A DNA stretch of 64,000 bases from Eledone cirrhosa. Its lineage: Eukaryota. Every line of letters begins with the position of its first letter. The stretch's first letter is position 1. Location: the NCBI GenBank assembly GCA_964016885.1, contig OZ024740.1, forward strand, positions 359,910,001 to 359,974,000. Direction: 5' to 3'. A program made the position numbers and the translations under genes. The notes below the pieces were generated by a model. That model saw only the letters and a list, made by a program, of their open reading frames with translations. It was not told the DNA's origin and made no database searches. Of this stretch, positions 24,433 to 39,990 are shown piece by piece.

Positions 24433-27400
24433 TTACACGACCTCTTTGTAGACTATGTTGCGGGTCATACCGTTGGGTGTGTATGAAAAAAGGGAGTCCT
24501 TACTCCCAACTCGCGAGCAGGCAACATAAAGTTGGCCATGAGTAAAGCAGGGCTCTTTTAGATGAATGCCCGCCACGGACAAAGTTTGACCCTGAGATTT
24601 GTTTATGGTGATCGCGAAGCAGGGCCTTACGGGAAACTGATGTCGCCTAAAACCTATCGGGATGTCCGTGGTCGAAGGTTGGATGCTTAGCTTTGGGATC
24701 ATGACGGTCTCACCTTTACCACAACCAGTTAAAATGGTTGCTTCAATGAGATGGTTCGTCATTGATTTGACTACCATTCGAGTGCCGTTGCACTGTTTTG
24801 GGGGGCGCATGTTACGCATAAGCATAATCGGACTGCCGACCTTGAGCTTCAGGATGTGGGGTGGGAGACCGGGGGGGGGGGGGGTCAAGGCTATTCAAAA
24901 ACTCTACTGGGTAATCCGTCGCCTCCTGTGGATCGGTGACGCGGTCTATAGACTTAAAAATTTTCTCTTGGGCTGGAATCTTGCCGAGTAGCTCTTCGTT
25001 GAGAGCATTAACAGCAGAGTTTTTGGGGGCTAGGATGGCTCTTGAACTAAGCCAATCTAAGTTAGTGTAGTTAACCTGTAGGTTTGGAAAAACAGCTTCT
25101 AAAAGGGCATGAGGACTGTCAACTGTATTACTGACAGATGCCAGCGACACCTCAACCCTTTTCGTTGGAAGGAAGTCGGCCTTCTCCTATAGCTAGGATG
25201 GCCTGGCCGAATTCAGCAGACGTGCTGTCCCCGAGCAACTGCGCCCGCATGTTAACGCTCAGGCGGAGTGTCCGAACGATAGGCCAAAGCGTCGACGACT
25301 TCAGGCATGCGCGGACTTCATCAGCCCTTGTCCCTTTGGGGATAACAGGCAGCGTTTGCCTGAAGTCAGCCGAAAGCAGTAAAATCACGCCACCCAAGGG
25401 TGCCGAGGAGTTCCTGATATCTTTTTAACTCCTATCTAATGCCTCCAGAGCACCCTTATGTGCCATGGTGCATTCGTCCCACACAATGAGGCAACATTTT
25501 GCGAGAAGTGCCGCTTTGTCGGAGTGCTTGCTAATGTTGCACGTCGGCGTATCAGTTCGTGCGAGGTCCAACGGAAGCTTAAAGGCAGCATGAGCCATCT
25601 TCCCTCCAGGCAGCAAGGTAGCGGCGATCCCCGATGAGGCGACCGCAAGGGCAATCTTTTTTTGTTGTCGAAGACGCGCCAAAATGAGGGAGGTAACGAA
25701 GGTTTTGCCTGTACCGCCAGGGGCATCAAGAAAGAAGACACAACCTAATCCACCCAGTGCACTGTCAACGACAGTCTCATAAGCAACCCTTTGTTCGGGA
25801 AGAAGCTTACGTTCATTTTCATCTAGGAAAGTTGTCAACATGGCGACATCGTAAGATGTCTCCAACAGAATATCTGGACCCAGCACACTAACATTTTCCC
25901 TGCTGGCGGCTGGCAAGCCGTATGTTGGCAAGTCATTCCCCCCTAGTTGAAGGAGCTACTCTTGGATGGAAATTAGCCCTTGGTTGTAAATGATTTCGGT
26001 GAACCCCACTTCTAAAGACGGATTTTGCCATTTGGCTGTGCGGAGGAAGTCCTCGCACAAATCGTCCCTGTACTTCAGCCAAAGGGCTGAAGGGTTAGCT
26101 AAGGCACAATTGTGCAGCAAAAAGGCAAACAGTTCCCTTAATTTCTGTGGGGATTTCAGCAGAGCACCATCGGCGAGGGTCGAGTCCCACTGGGAGTCAT
26201 CTTCCAAGAGACCAAGCCTAAAGCAGGCTTCACGAAAAGTGTTGCAAAGTTCCCCGTTTACTGTTTTTAAGTCAAAGAAACCTTGCGGCCCCTTGACCTC
26301 GTGCAGAAGAATGCGCAGGTGAAAGCACTCAGGTTGGGTTGGGGGAACCGTGTAGACTCTACCGAGGCAGTCAGAAAATTTAACTCCCGGGTGCGATTCA
26401 ACTGCCATACCAGTTTTTCGCCGTACCCAGCTATTGCGGCGCCAAGTGAAGTAGGACGGCACCTGAGGGTAAATTAGAGTTCTCGCAAAAGCGTCTACGT
26501 GACAGAGATTAATGAAAGCGGTTAACGTGGTTTCTTTGGGGTTGGCCGCAACTTGAGCAGCATTTGCAGCTGTAAAGTAAACCCGCTGTTCGTTCTCTAA
26601 GTGGACCGCCAGGTTTGTGATTTGGGGGTACCTTTCATGGATAGAAAAACCAAAAATTCACCAAAACGCATCGTTTGTACTTATGTACCGGGCCGATAGG
26701 TACTCACTGACCTCGTCCCGGTCGGACTGGAGGGCGAATGCGGCGGAATCGCAGCCCTTGTTGACGTACTTGCAAACATATTTAATCGATTTAACTGAGC
26801 TACAGAATTCCACATTAATGTGGGCTTGGAACGTCGAAGTGAGAAGTGGACAATAGGGGACCACCCATCGATTGTCGACTTGCTTGTCCCTTACAATGGC
26901 AGTAAAACCACCGTCTTCAGGCGACCGGCGCCTGTACAGGGGATAGCCGTCGTGCCCTGTCTGGGTCTCTGAAACAAATTTCCTAGGGTACCTCTTACTA
27001 CAGATCCCGTCTTTCTGACACGAATGGTTAGAACCCGGATAACAGGGTCCGTGTATCATGGAAGTCGTGACGACGTCGAAGAGTTCTTTGTCGGTGGCAG
27101 GGTTGGGGATCTCTGCGCAGATAAATTTGTCGATGTCGTTGGAGTTGATCTTGTTCTGCAGCCACAGTAACAGATGAATGTGAGGCAGGCCCCATTTCTG
27201 CCATTCTATGGTGTACGTATGGCATCTAGCAGGGCCGAAGATGTTGGCTTTTGCACAACATGCCTTCATTTTCTGTATGTTCCTCTCGAAAGCCCTCGCT
27301 ATGAGGTCAAGGCGGTGGTGGTATGACTGCCCTGGAAGGAGTTCTCGGGTGATCTCATCCGCCTTCGGGTTGCACGTGAAGGTGATGAAGAGGTCAGGAC

Positions 27401-29134
27401 GGCCGTAGGCCCGCACGTAGGTCATGGCGTCCTGAGTCCTCTCGTGCATGTACCGAGGTCCTCCAGTGACGGTAGAAGGCAGGATGCAGACCTTGCCAAT
27501 GTTTCGGGGATCCCCGTCGTTGCTGCTGGTGGGTTCGAATGAAGGCCAGTCGTTCTGACTCCATCTTTGCTGCCATATCCACCGCAAATTGGTTCAGTAG
27601 GTCCTGCGATCTGTGCAAACTGTTGAAACAGTTTCTCCGAGGCATGAGTCGGTATGCGTAAAATTCCTTGCAGGACACGGTTTTGGCGGCAGCAACGGAG
27701 GGCTGGTTTGGCTGGCAGTGTGGAGTCTTGAAGTGGTAGCCGTCCTCGCCGCGGGGGAAAAGTAGAGGGTATTGGAGGCTGTCGTAGGATCGGTGTGTTT
27801 CGCGTATTCTGTGGAGGCCAGTTGCACGGTTGGATATGACGATATCCCGGGGGTTGTGCTGGTCTCCGTGAAGGACGACTGCCACCTCGTTGCACGCGGG
27901 TGCGTTGAATCGACGGGCGTGTTCTCCGGATGGTCTTTTGTCGCATCGATGACAATGTTGAAGTTAGGCAGGTCAGTAGTCTCCAAGGCGTACTTGAAGC
28001 TCTGCACGTAGCTGTTTTCGGAGTGTAGCATTTGCTGCAGCGCAAGGAGGACGTCTCTGTCCAGGTTCTCTCTAGTGCCATCAGCTGGGATGACAGATGA
28101 GCGCATGTCAGCCTGCTTGTTGTAGTCAGCTATGAAGTAAATTTGCAGGAAGGCGGTTTGCGCTGACGGCGCAGGCTGTAGAGGACCGACATAGTGGTAA
28201 ACCTGGCCCTGAACCTTAAAGGTTGGCATCCACCCGCTTTCTCGGACAATTTTGGCCCCGAACGAAGTCATCTGGAAGGCGCAGTTGTATTTCCTTATGT
28301 TGCCAAGGAAGTCTGTTGACGTAGAGGTCTCTCCGCTAAGAAGTTCTCGCAAAGGTTCTGGAGGGGCCGCCAAAGGAGGAAGTGAAACCTTCCTATTAGA
28401 GCAGCACAGGCCAGGTGGTTCTCCGGGCCACTTCTCTGCACCACAGAATTGGCATATGACATCCATCCTGCCAAGTTGAATGTCCGTACGGTCGGAGTAT
28501 TTTACTGTTGGATCGTAGTTGAAAGCCTTCATAAGCCAAAATGACTCATGTGGACTCGTTGTTCCTCTGGCGGTGTCTCTTCGTGCGTTGTTTGTGTCCA
28601 ACCGAGCACAGCGGGCTGTTTGATGTTCTGCGGCACGGGAGGCGGCGGTGGATACAGCGTTCCGTATCTCGGTCTGGGATGCTCTGGCAGCTGCGGTGGA
28701 GGCGGAGTGCTTGGACCTTCGGATGGCTGTCTCCTGGTCGGTTTCTGCGGCACGGGAGGCGGCGGTTGAAGCAGCGTTCTTTGACCGTCTGGTGGCTGTT
28801 TGCTGTTTAGTTTCGGAGGCCCTTGCAGCAGCAGTAGTTGCAGCATTCCTAGCCCTAAGAAGAGCTCTTTGGCTGTCACTCTCTGCTGCCCTAGAGGCGG
28901 CTGTTGCAACTACATTCCGACAATTTCGAATGGCACGATTCGAAGCGGTAACCGTAAATAGAGAGGCGCTGGGTTGGGCTGTGCTAGGGGTACTTAAGTT
29001 TGAAAGCGAAGTAACAGGGGTTTGTGGCCAAAACTGCATCCGGCATCCGTAGACTGCTCATTCAATCGCCTCTTTTTTGAAACAACAGACGATGTTTTCC
29101 TACGGCTAAGGGAACTCTTTCTTTTCAGTGGCAT
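24433..29134 (-). pseudogene. Helitron RepHel transposase (STPR repeats, Zn finger, HUH/Y2 Rep, PIF1-like SF1B helicase), frameshifted
   Basis: ORF pieces: CQFC...CC Zn finger, KVQGQVYH, PDLFITFTCNP, IEWQKWGLPHIHLLLW, YVCKYVNKG, FFLDAPGGTGKT, IVWDECTM, DFRQTLPV, FAITINKSQGQT, HGQLYVACSRV; at least 8 breaks; putative start MPLKRKSS at 29134 (out of frame with the next piece). Confidence 0.95.
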
Positions 29135-29619
29135 GGTTGCAATAGTACAGTAAACAGTAAAGGGGAAGCAGGTTTAGAGCAAAGGCAAAAAAGCTAAGGT
29201 GATAAGCAATATTTTGGGGAAGGTAAAAAAATGTGACAAATTGTTACAATTTTAAGCAAGAAAAAAGTAAACAAAAAACGTACTGGGAATGGCAAAGTCC
29301 GAAAGCGAGGTCACAAAATGTAATGCAGTGAGAGTGAAGCACACGTCTACACAGTAGCCTAACCAAGTAGCAAGTGTAGCGTTTGAAAACCAAAGCTTTG
29401 CAGGCCACTCAAATCAACGATAAGAGTCTGCAGAATTTTTTGATAGCAGTCTTGTCAAAACAGAATAAAAGCTGCCACCTCCAGCCGTCCAGGAAATTTT
29501 TTTTTTCATTCAAGGCGAAAATTTGTCCACTTCTCGACCGAAAGAAAGCAAAAACTGACTCAACTGGTGCCAAGTGGTCAGAACTGGCAGGAACTGGTTT
29601 GTGTCACGTGAAGCTGTAA

Positions 29620-29893
29620 CTATAGCAACAGTGGTTCCCTCGGTCTCAAAGACCAAAGTAAGTGGAGAGGGGAAGGTAATGTTACTGTAACATCAACAAC
29701 GTCTCTCTCTATATTCCTCGCTCAATAAAGAAGGGGGAGGGGGAAGGTAATGTTACTATAGCAACAGTGGTTCGCTCACTGACCAAAGTGGAGAGGGGAA
29801 TGTAATATTTCTGTGACACCCAAAACTTCTCTCTCTATCTTCCTCTCTCTCTCTCTCTAAAGAAGGGGGAAGGGGGAGGTAATGTTACTATAA
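29620..29893. repeat. About 136-bp tandem duplication in the Helitron 5' region
   Basis: CTATAGCAACAGTGGTTC...GACCAAAGT...GGAGAGGGGAA.GTAAT...AAAGAAGGGGGA..GGTAATGTTA occurs twice. Confidence 0.8.
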
Positions 29894-30299
29894 GACCTGT
29901 TATTCCTGTCTCTCTATATACGAAGTGGAGATTCGACCTCGAGCTTAACTCTCGACCAAATTTCGAAATGATTCGAGCACGTCAACAAAATTTAGACTCT
30001 TTTCTACCCATATTAGCAAAAAACCGGGTCAAAAAACTCAAAAGGAAAAATTTTTCACGCGTGCATAAAATGCAACCTCATCTCCCGATTTCACCCAAAA
30101 TAGACAAAAAGGTGGATTGCGGGCTCCTGGGAGGACCTATCAATGTAAAGGGTCATGAGGAGTGATGTATGCAAATTTGAGCGAGATCGGGCGAGCGGTG
30201 TAGACGCCAACCTCGAATAATGTAGCATCCACACACACACAGACAAACACACATCCTCTGTTTTATATATATAGATACACACACAGAAATATATGGGCA

Positions 30300-30847
30300 T
30301 TTCTCTGTTTGTCTGTCTGTCTATCTGTCTGTCCTTCCCTAAAACTCAAATGTAAGTGCTACAGAAATATTACCTTCCCCTTCCTTTCTCCACTTTGGTA
30401 CTACCAAGAGAAACACTGTCGCTATAGAAACATGACCTTCCCCTCTCCACTGACTTTGGTCACTGAGGCCGAGGGAATCGCTGGTTGCTATAGAGACACC
30501 TTGCACAAGCCAGAAGTAACCAGTTCGAGGCGGTTCTGACTTGACACCATGCCAAGGACCATTTGAAGATATATTTCCATCGTTATATCATAACGTTTAT
30601 GTATCATAACGTTTATATTTCCGTCACTAATCTCTTTTTCTCCTTTTTCTCCTTTTTCATTTTAACATATATTTATTTCAAAGATTTCACCGTATAGATA
30701 ACATATATATTTATACATGCATAAAAGACACACCGAGAGACGGTGAACATGTGGTGCCGAAAACATTTCTCATCCAAACCTCAACAATATCAGTAGATAC
30801 ACTAGATTTGCTAGCAGAAAACCGCCCACCGGGTGGTTTTCTGCTAG
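30300..30847 (+). mobile_element. Decayed non-autonomous Helitron related to the 5' region of the large Helitron, inverted orientation
   Basis: 30420-30540 matches the reverse complement of 29575-29690 (ACCTTCCCCTCTCCACT.ACTTTGGTC..TGAG.CCGAGGGAA..GTTGCTATAG); ends in hairpin plus CTAG at 30844-30847. Confidence 0.6.
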
Positions 30848-31720
30848 TCTATATATATAAAATTGAGGATGTCTGTCTGTGTGTGTGTGTGAGTTTGAAT
30901 CCCTAAAGCTCGAGAACCACCCAATCGACTGTTTTCAAACTTTACATATGTAATACTTATGTTTCAGGGAGTGTTCTGAGCAAAACAAATTTCAAATTTT
31001 CAATGCTCTAGGGACCGCATTAGGCGATTTAGCGATCTCTCTATAATTCTTAGTCTTTCTCTTTTTAGATAGATACATACATATAACGTCGCGCCCTAAT
31101 AATATCTGTCTCTATGTCTGGCTGTCTGCATTACGTCACTTCCCAGAGGATGTCTGTCTCTGTGTGTGTGTCTGTGAGTTTGAATCCCTAAAACTCGAGA
31201 AGTACCCAACCGATTTTTTTCAAACTAACATGTGTATTACTTATGTTTCAGCTTTTCAACTTTTTGATCCTCTGCGTTTTTTAAGCTTATTAGAGGTTTT
31301 TTGAGGCTTTACGTCAGACCGAAATTGTAACTATGTATCAGTCAGTCTCTTCTTCATACCGTGAGCAAAGAAAATCCAACTTTTTTATGGCCTAGGGCCC
31401 ACATTAGGTGAAATACTTCATTTTTTTCAGCTTTTTAGGGCTTTTTGGAGGCGTTACGTCTAGCCGATTTTCCCGAAATTTCAAGGCATATTATGCACAT
31501 TAAAAAATCCATTTTCTTGATCCCCTAGGGCCCGCATTAGGTGAAAACCTGCATTTTTCCTACTTCATCGAGGAAAATCTTAAAGATTATCCAGCCATCA
31601 GAGTATTCAGTTTATGTTCTTTATATATTGTCCAGGCATGCAGTTTTTCCACGATTAGGTCTGTTGGCGGCCCGCGTTCCAAAATACCTTATCCCGTGCA
31701 ACGCCGGGTACCACTGCTAG
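30848..31720 (+). mobile_element. Non-autonomous Helitron (873 bp)
   Basis: 5' TCTATATATATAAAATTGAGGATGTCTG, similar to the autonomous 5' end; 3' CCCGTGCAACGCCGGG hairpin then CTAG|T at 31717-31720; internal duplication 30866-30967 / 31146-31250. Confidence 0.85.
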
Positions 31721-31860
31721 TTTATTATATATATATATATCTCCTATTTGCAGCAACACAGCTCGCCATTTTTCATTCATATATATATATATTGATAGCC
31801 TGGGACCGGGAAGACCACAAATCAAAGAAGTACTTAATACATGGTAAGATACAGAGTGGG

Positions 31861-31976
31861 TATATTAGTGAAAGTAAAGGATCTACCGCGAGCTCGGCAG
31901 TTTTGGCTAGTTACCTTTTCATGTAACTAGCCGAAACGGCCAAGCTCGCGGTAGATCGTGTACTTTCACTAATATA
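31861..31976. mobile_element. 116-bp fold-back MITE-like palindrome
   Basis: 54-bp arms TATATTAGTGAAAGTA...GGCTAGTTAC and GTAACTAGCC...TACTTTCACTAATATA, 5 mismatches, 8-nt loop. Confidence 0.8.
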
Positions 31977-32384
31977 TATAAATATATACATAATGTGTAT
32001 ACGTTTATACAGTTGTTTAATCGCTGGTTATTGACATTAGTGACAACTACTATTAAAACAATAATTATGAAGATCATCGGAGATTAGCCTGTAAATCTCT
32101 CTTTATCTCTTAATTCATATCGATACTACGATTCCCACCATCACAACCACTATAACCAACATGATCACCATTGTCATTGCAACTAACATCATCTTTGGCA
32201 TCACCATCATGAAATACCATGTAACTCCCAGCCATAACGATCAACCAACTAGGTATCCTCTGTACGTTCACTCGACCTGCTAGAAATAATAACCAAATTA
32301 CAGCCAACCCATACTCAACTGTATTTTTACCCGCGACACACTTTAGAGCTAACAAAAATACACAAGTGTACTTCATGTATTAAG

Positions 32385-32426
<42 letters not shown>

Positions 32427-33669
32427 CATATAATATTATCAACTTATAATCAAAATTAGTGACTCTTAAACTCTTTATTTGCTTCATGTTATCAGCCGGC
32501 TATTCTTATCGAAAAGGAATTGTCTCAAACTGATTATAATAAGCAGCTTCCATTGGCATTAGAACAATGAGATGATTAAGTACTCATTTCTTTATTCAAT
32601 AAATGAAGCATAGTTATCAAAACTTCACATGTATAATTTCAATTTCTATGTTTCACATATTTAAAACTATAAGTTCGCGCCGTACCTAGATAAATCTTGT
32701 GGTACTCAGCTGTGCCGCGGGACACTGTTTGAGGACCCCTATTCTACAGCTTTAGATAAGAATGTACTGTACCCAGGAAAAAGACAGGATGGTCATAGCT
32801 CGAATGCTTTTGATCACAGATCTACTTGATCACAGTTGACCTGCGCCTAAACAATCACAAGCAACATGATCTCTCAGATGCCGGGTGAGCGTATTTAAAC
32901 ATTGCACCAAGAGGTCCAAAGTTGCCAATTACCGTCTTTTTCGAAAATGTATGCGTGTAGTGATGTTGTTAGCATTAGTTCTGGTTAATGGTGGGAAAAT
33001 AGTCTGGAACGAAGATACGTGTGTGTGTGTGTGTCCATGAAACATATACATATACACCATGTCCGAACACAAAACAACCAAACTCCCACTGTCACTGCCT
33101 CCATCTCTCCCGCTCTCCCCATCTCTCACTATTGTGAGCAAATGGGGGTCCACGCGTTGACCGCCCGCGGCCCCGACGGACAGAATACAGAAGGCGTTTC
33201 CTTGGAGGATGGTGAAGGAGACGCGCTGTTAAAAATGTAAATAAAATTGGCTGACGTTTGAAGCACACTATTATGTTCTTCCTTCTTCAACTAACCAAAA
33301 ATAGTTCTTATTAATTTCGCAGTTGTCAGACTAGTGACTTAATCTGAGACCCTGTGTTGAAATTAAAGCAATTATACCGTGGTAGAGTTATTTTAGTCAT
33401 TCGATAACACTCAAAATCTTTTCACTCAACTTTATGTTTATCGTTTATTTCCTGGTGCCAAAATATTCATCACACGTTTTCCGACCTAGTCACTGTCCCA
33501 GTTTCACTGCTGTGTCAGTGACCAGATCACAAACAGTGCGGTGAAAATGATAGATATAAAGTGAAATTTACATTTTTTGTGTGTTTTTAAAGTTAAATCT
33601 TTTTTTTCCTTTACAACCACATCAATTAACAAACACACTTTCAGTCCATGTGACATTAGACACATACAA

Positions 33670-33734
<65 letters not shown>

Positions 33735-33778
33735 TACATGCTTATATATAAATTCACAGACCTCTGAATGCACATATC

Positions 33779-33811
<33 letters not shown>

Positions 33812-34274
33812 ACACACACACACATTGGAATATGAAATGCGTGTATACGAATCTATATTCACGCATACATACACATGTATACACACATGTACATACAGGG
33901 ATAGGTGAGAAAAATTGAGTATGTGAGAGAGAGGGAAAGAGAGAAAGACGGGGTGGGGGATTAAAGCGAGACAGAGCGAGAAATAGAGAGTTGTAATGAG
34001 AGAAATATGAAAGGGGTTGAAGAAGAGTGCCGGCAGTGTTATATTTTAGAACACAAAATAACAAAGTGCTACTTTCACAAAATGACAATTTTCTATTTTA
34101 GGTCACACTAAACTGCGCCACTCCCGATCCATTAGAATTCAGTTTTGCATCATCGCATTTCTGGAAATCACCGGTTAGCGGCGAATCTCAGGTTTGAGAT
34201 GAATCTGAATTTCAGTGCTAAATTTGATAATGTTTCACTAGTAGTGACGTTGTCCCAAAGGAAGAGACGAATTT

Positions 34275-37543
<3,269 letters not shown>

Positions 37544-37549
<6 letters not shown>

Positions 37550-38012
37550 AGATGTACACTTTCCGGTTCAGCGGAAACGATAAAAACAAATAACGAAACG
37601 AAATTAAATTTTGTTTCGCTTCTAACTCACTTTTGTATGACTGACGCTTAAACAATTAAGCCGGAAGATGGGTATATATTGCTGATGAGATGTAATAACA
37701 TCGAAACTAGTCCAATATTCCTGTCTGGCTCTCTGGAGAATAGAGGAAGTGTGTTTCCTTGTAAACTCGTATGACTTTAAAACCCGGTTCGTCTGTTTGT
37801 TTACATACAGACTAGCTGGACACTCACTGTAAAGTGTCTAGTGAAAAACTCGGTACATGTACATATGTATACATGTGTGTATTTATATGCATACTAGTAC
37901 TTCCGTATACATATGTAGATGTACACTTTAACTTAATTGTTTAAGCGTCAGTCATACAAAAGTGAGTTAGAAGCGAAACGAAATTTAATTTCGTTTCGTT
38001 ATTTGTTTTTAT
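37544..38012 (+). mobile_element. Hammerhead-bearing non-autonomous retroelement (367-bp unit, partial second unit and 81-bp inverted duplication)
   Basis: Direct repeat ATATGTAGATGTACACTT at 37544-37561 and 37911-37928; inverted arms 37580-37660 / 37932-38012 (1 mismatch); (TA)n on both sides. Confidence 0.75.
37676..37718 (+). ncRNA. Minimal type I hammerhead ribozyme (HHR2)
   Basis: ATATTG-CTGATGA-GATGT-AATA-ACATC-GAAA-CTAG-TC-CAATAT: canonical core, G10.1-C11.1, palindromic stem III, GUC cleavage after 37712. Confidence 0.92.
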
Positions 38013-38404
<392 letters not shown>

Positions 38405-38838
38405 AAACGGAAAAAATGAAACGAAATTTCATTTCCCACTCTTAGTACGGCTGTTACTTAAATATAAGTATGTATACGTACATACATATATGTATACAGA
38501 CGTACAGTAGTATGTATATATATATACATACATGCACACATATATATATGTACGTATGGATTCACCGAACATTTATTATAATGCTCGGTGTGTTTGTAAA
38601 CAAACATCCCGAATTAAGCCGTACAGTGTCTAGCAACCTTCGTTGCTCATTTGTTCAACACTGACAAAGGAACGCTGTACTAGTTTCAAGTTTATTAGCT
38701 ATCGTCAGCAACGTATACCTTCCTGCCAGATGATTGAACGGCTTAATTCGGGATCTTTGTATACAAACACACCAAGCATTATAATAAATGTTCGGTGAAT
38801 CCATACGTACATATATATATATGTGTGCATGTATGTAT
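38405..38838 (-). mobile_element. Second, diverged member of the same hammerhead element family, with about 100-bp inverted duplication
   Basis: Arms 38524-38622 / 38738-38838; 38480-38690 is loosely homologous to the reverse complement of 37700-37918 (e.g. TGTAAACAAACA, ATGTATAC.GA.GTAC..TAGTATG). Confidence 0.7.
38672..38714 (-). ncRNA. Minimal type I hammerhead ribozyme (HHR3)
   Basis: Minus: ACGTTG-CTGACGA-TAGCT-AATA-AACTT-GAAA-CTAG-TA-CAGCGT; GUA site; weak stem II. Confidence 0.8.
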
Positions 38839-39379
38839 TTATATATATTGTCTGCCAGGCACTGGGTGAATGAATTGCAGACCTGGACTGCCGAAGCAGG
38901 AGCTGCGTCAGCAGTGACAATTGTAGTTTCACCTATTGATATTATCTCTGTGCAAAGAAGTGTTGAAATTTATTGTTTCACAGTACTTGCGCAACACGCG
39001 CGTAGACGATGCCAGCCAAACAACAGAGCTGCAATGGAGTTGTTATGCATGTTGTCTAATGTGTGTTTTCTAAATTTAAGACAGTAGGGAGGGGTGTGAT
39101 ATGGGGGAGAGTTAGCTGCTGTTTCTAGCAGGTTTAGTGACCTCATGGAGGATATTATTGTATATAGTAAATGAACTGATACTTCTTTCTTCCACGTTTG
39201 TTGATAGATGTTTTAAAAAAGATTTATCGCTATTTTTGTTGTTTTTGAATAAATTTATCTGTTGCTTTTGAATAATTGTTGTTTCGTATGAAATGTAATA
39301 AGTTCTCTTTGTCATTGAAGTAAATAAATGTTTGACCGTTCCACACTCAAAAACAAACTTCCCTCTCTCTCTCTCTCTC

Positions 39380-39696
39380 TTAAAGTTTGTAAGTTTAATC
39401 GTATATCAGAGAAAGTTGCAGCATGTATGTAGTTTTATCGAATTTTAAGGGGAGTAGAGAGATATAATCAGATTCTATTAGAGGGAACAAAACGTCATGT
39501 ATTTAGTTTTATCGATTATTTTCGTAATTGTTGGTGAGTTTGAATGAAATAAATAGTTATTGACCTAATTTAGACCATTTACAACATTCTTACAGACTTT
39601 GAGTCGAATCGGTTTGAAATTGTGCAAATGTATAAACATGGAACATGCGCGCACACACACACACAACAACAACAATCTGCCTTTTATAGATAATGA
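39380..39696 (-). mobile_element. 5' fragment of non-autonomous Helitron family
   Basis: GTTTTATCGATT.TTT.CGTAATTG, GGAACATGC.CACACAC and CTTTTATAGATAATGA shared with 24030-24339. Confidence 0.55.
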
Positions 39697-39749
39697 CATA
39701 TATGTGTATATATATATGTATATATATATATGTATATAATATATATATG

Positions 39750-39796
<47 letters not shown>

Positions 39797-39800
39797 TATG

Positions 39801-39859
<59 letters not shown>

Positions 39860-39909
39860 ATATATATATGATATAATATATATATATATATATATATAAT
39901 ATATATATG

Positions 39910-39988
<79 letters not shown>
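39697..39988. repeat. (TA)n microsatellite
   Basis: Direct reading. Confidence 0.95.

Positions 39989-39990
<2 letters not shown>

Larger units (their letters stand above)
23564..30275 (-). mobile_element. Full-length Helitron (6.7 kb, composite 3' end)
   Basis: Minus-strand 5' A|TCTATATATATAAAACAGAGG at 30275; 3' hairpin ACCCGG-CGTTGC-CCGGGT (23575-23592) then CTAG|T at 23567-23564; joining the flanks restores the satellite unit CATTTCTGTGTGTGTAATATATATATA|TACACACACAGAAAT. Confidence 0.92.

Noticed and set aside
24433-25931. Host PIF1 helicase gene
   Set aside because: Collinear with the HUH Rep domain inside Helitron termini and frameshifted
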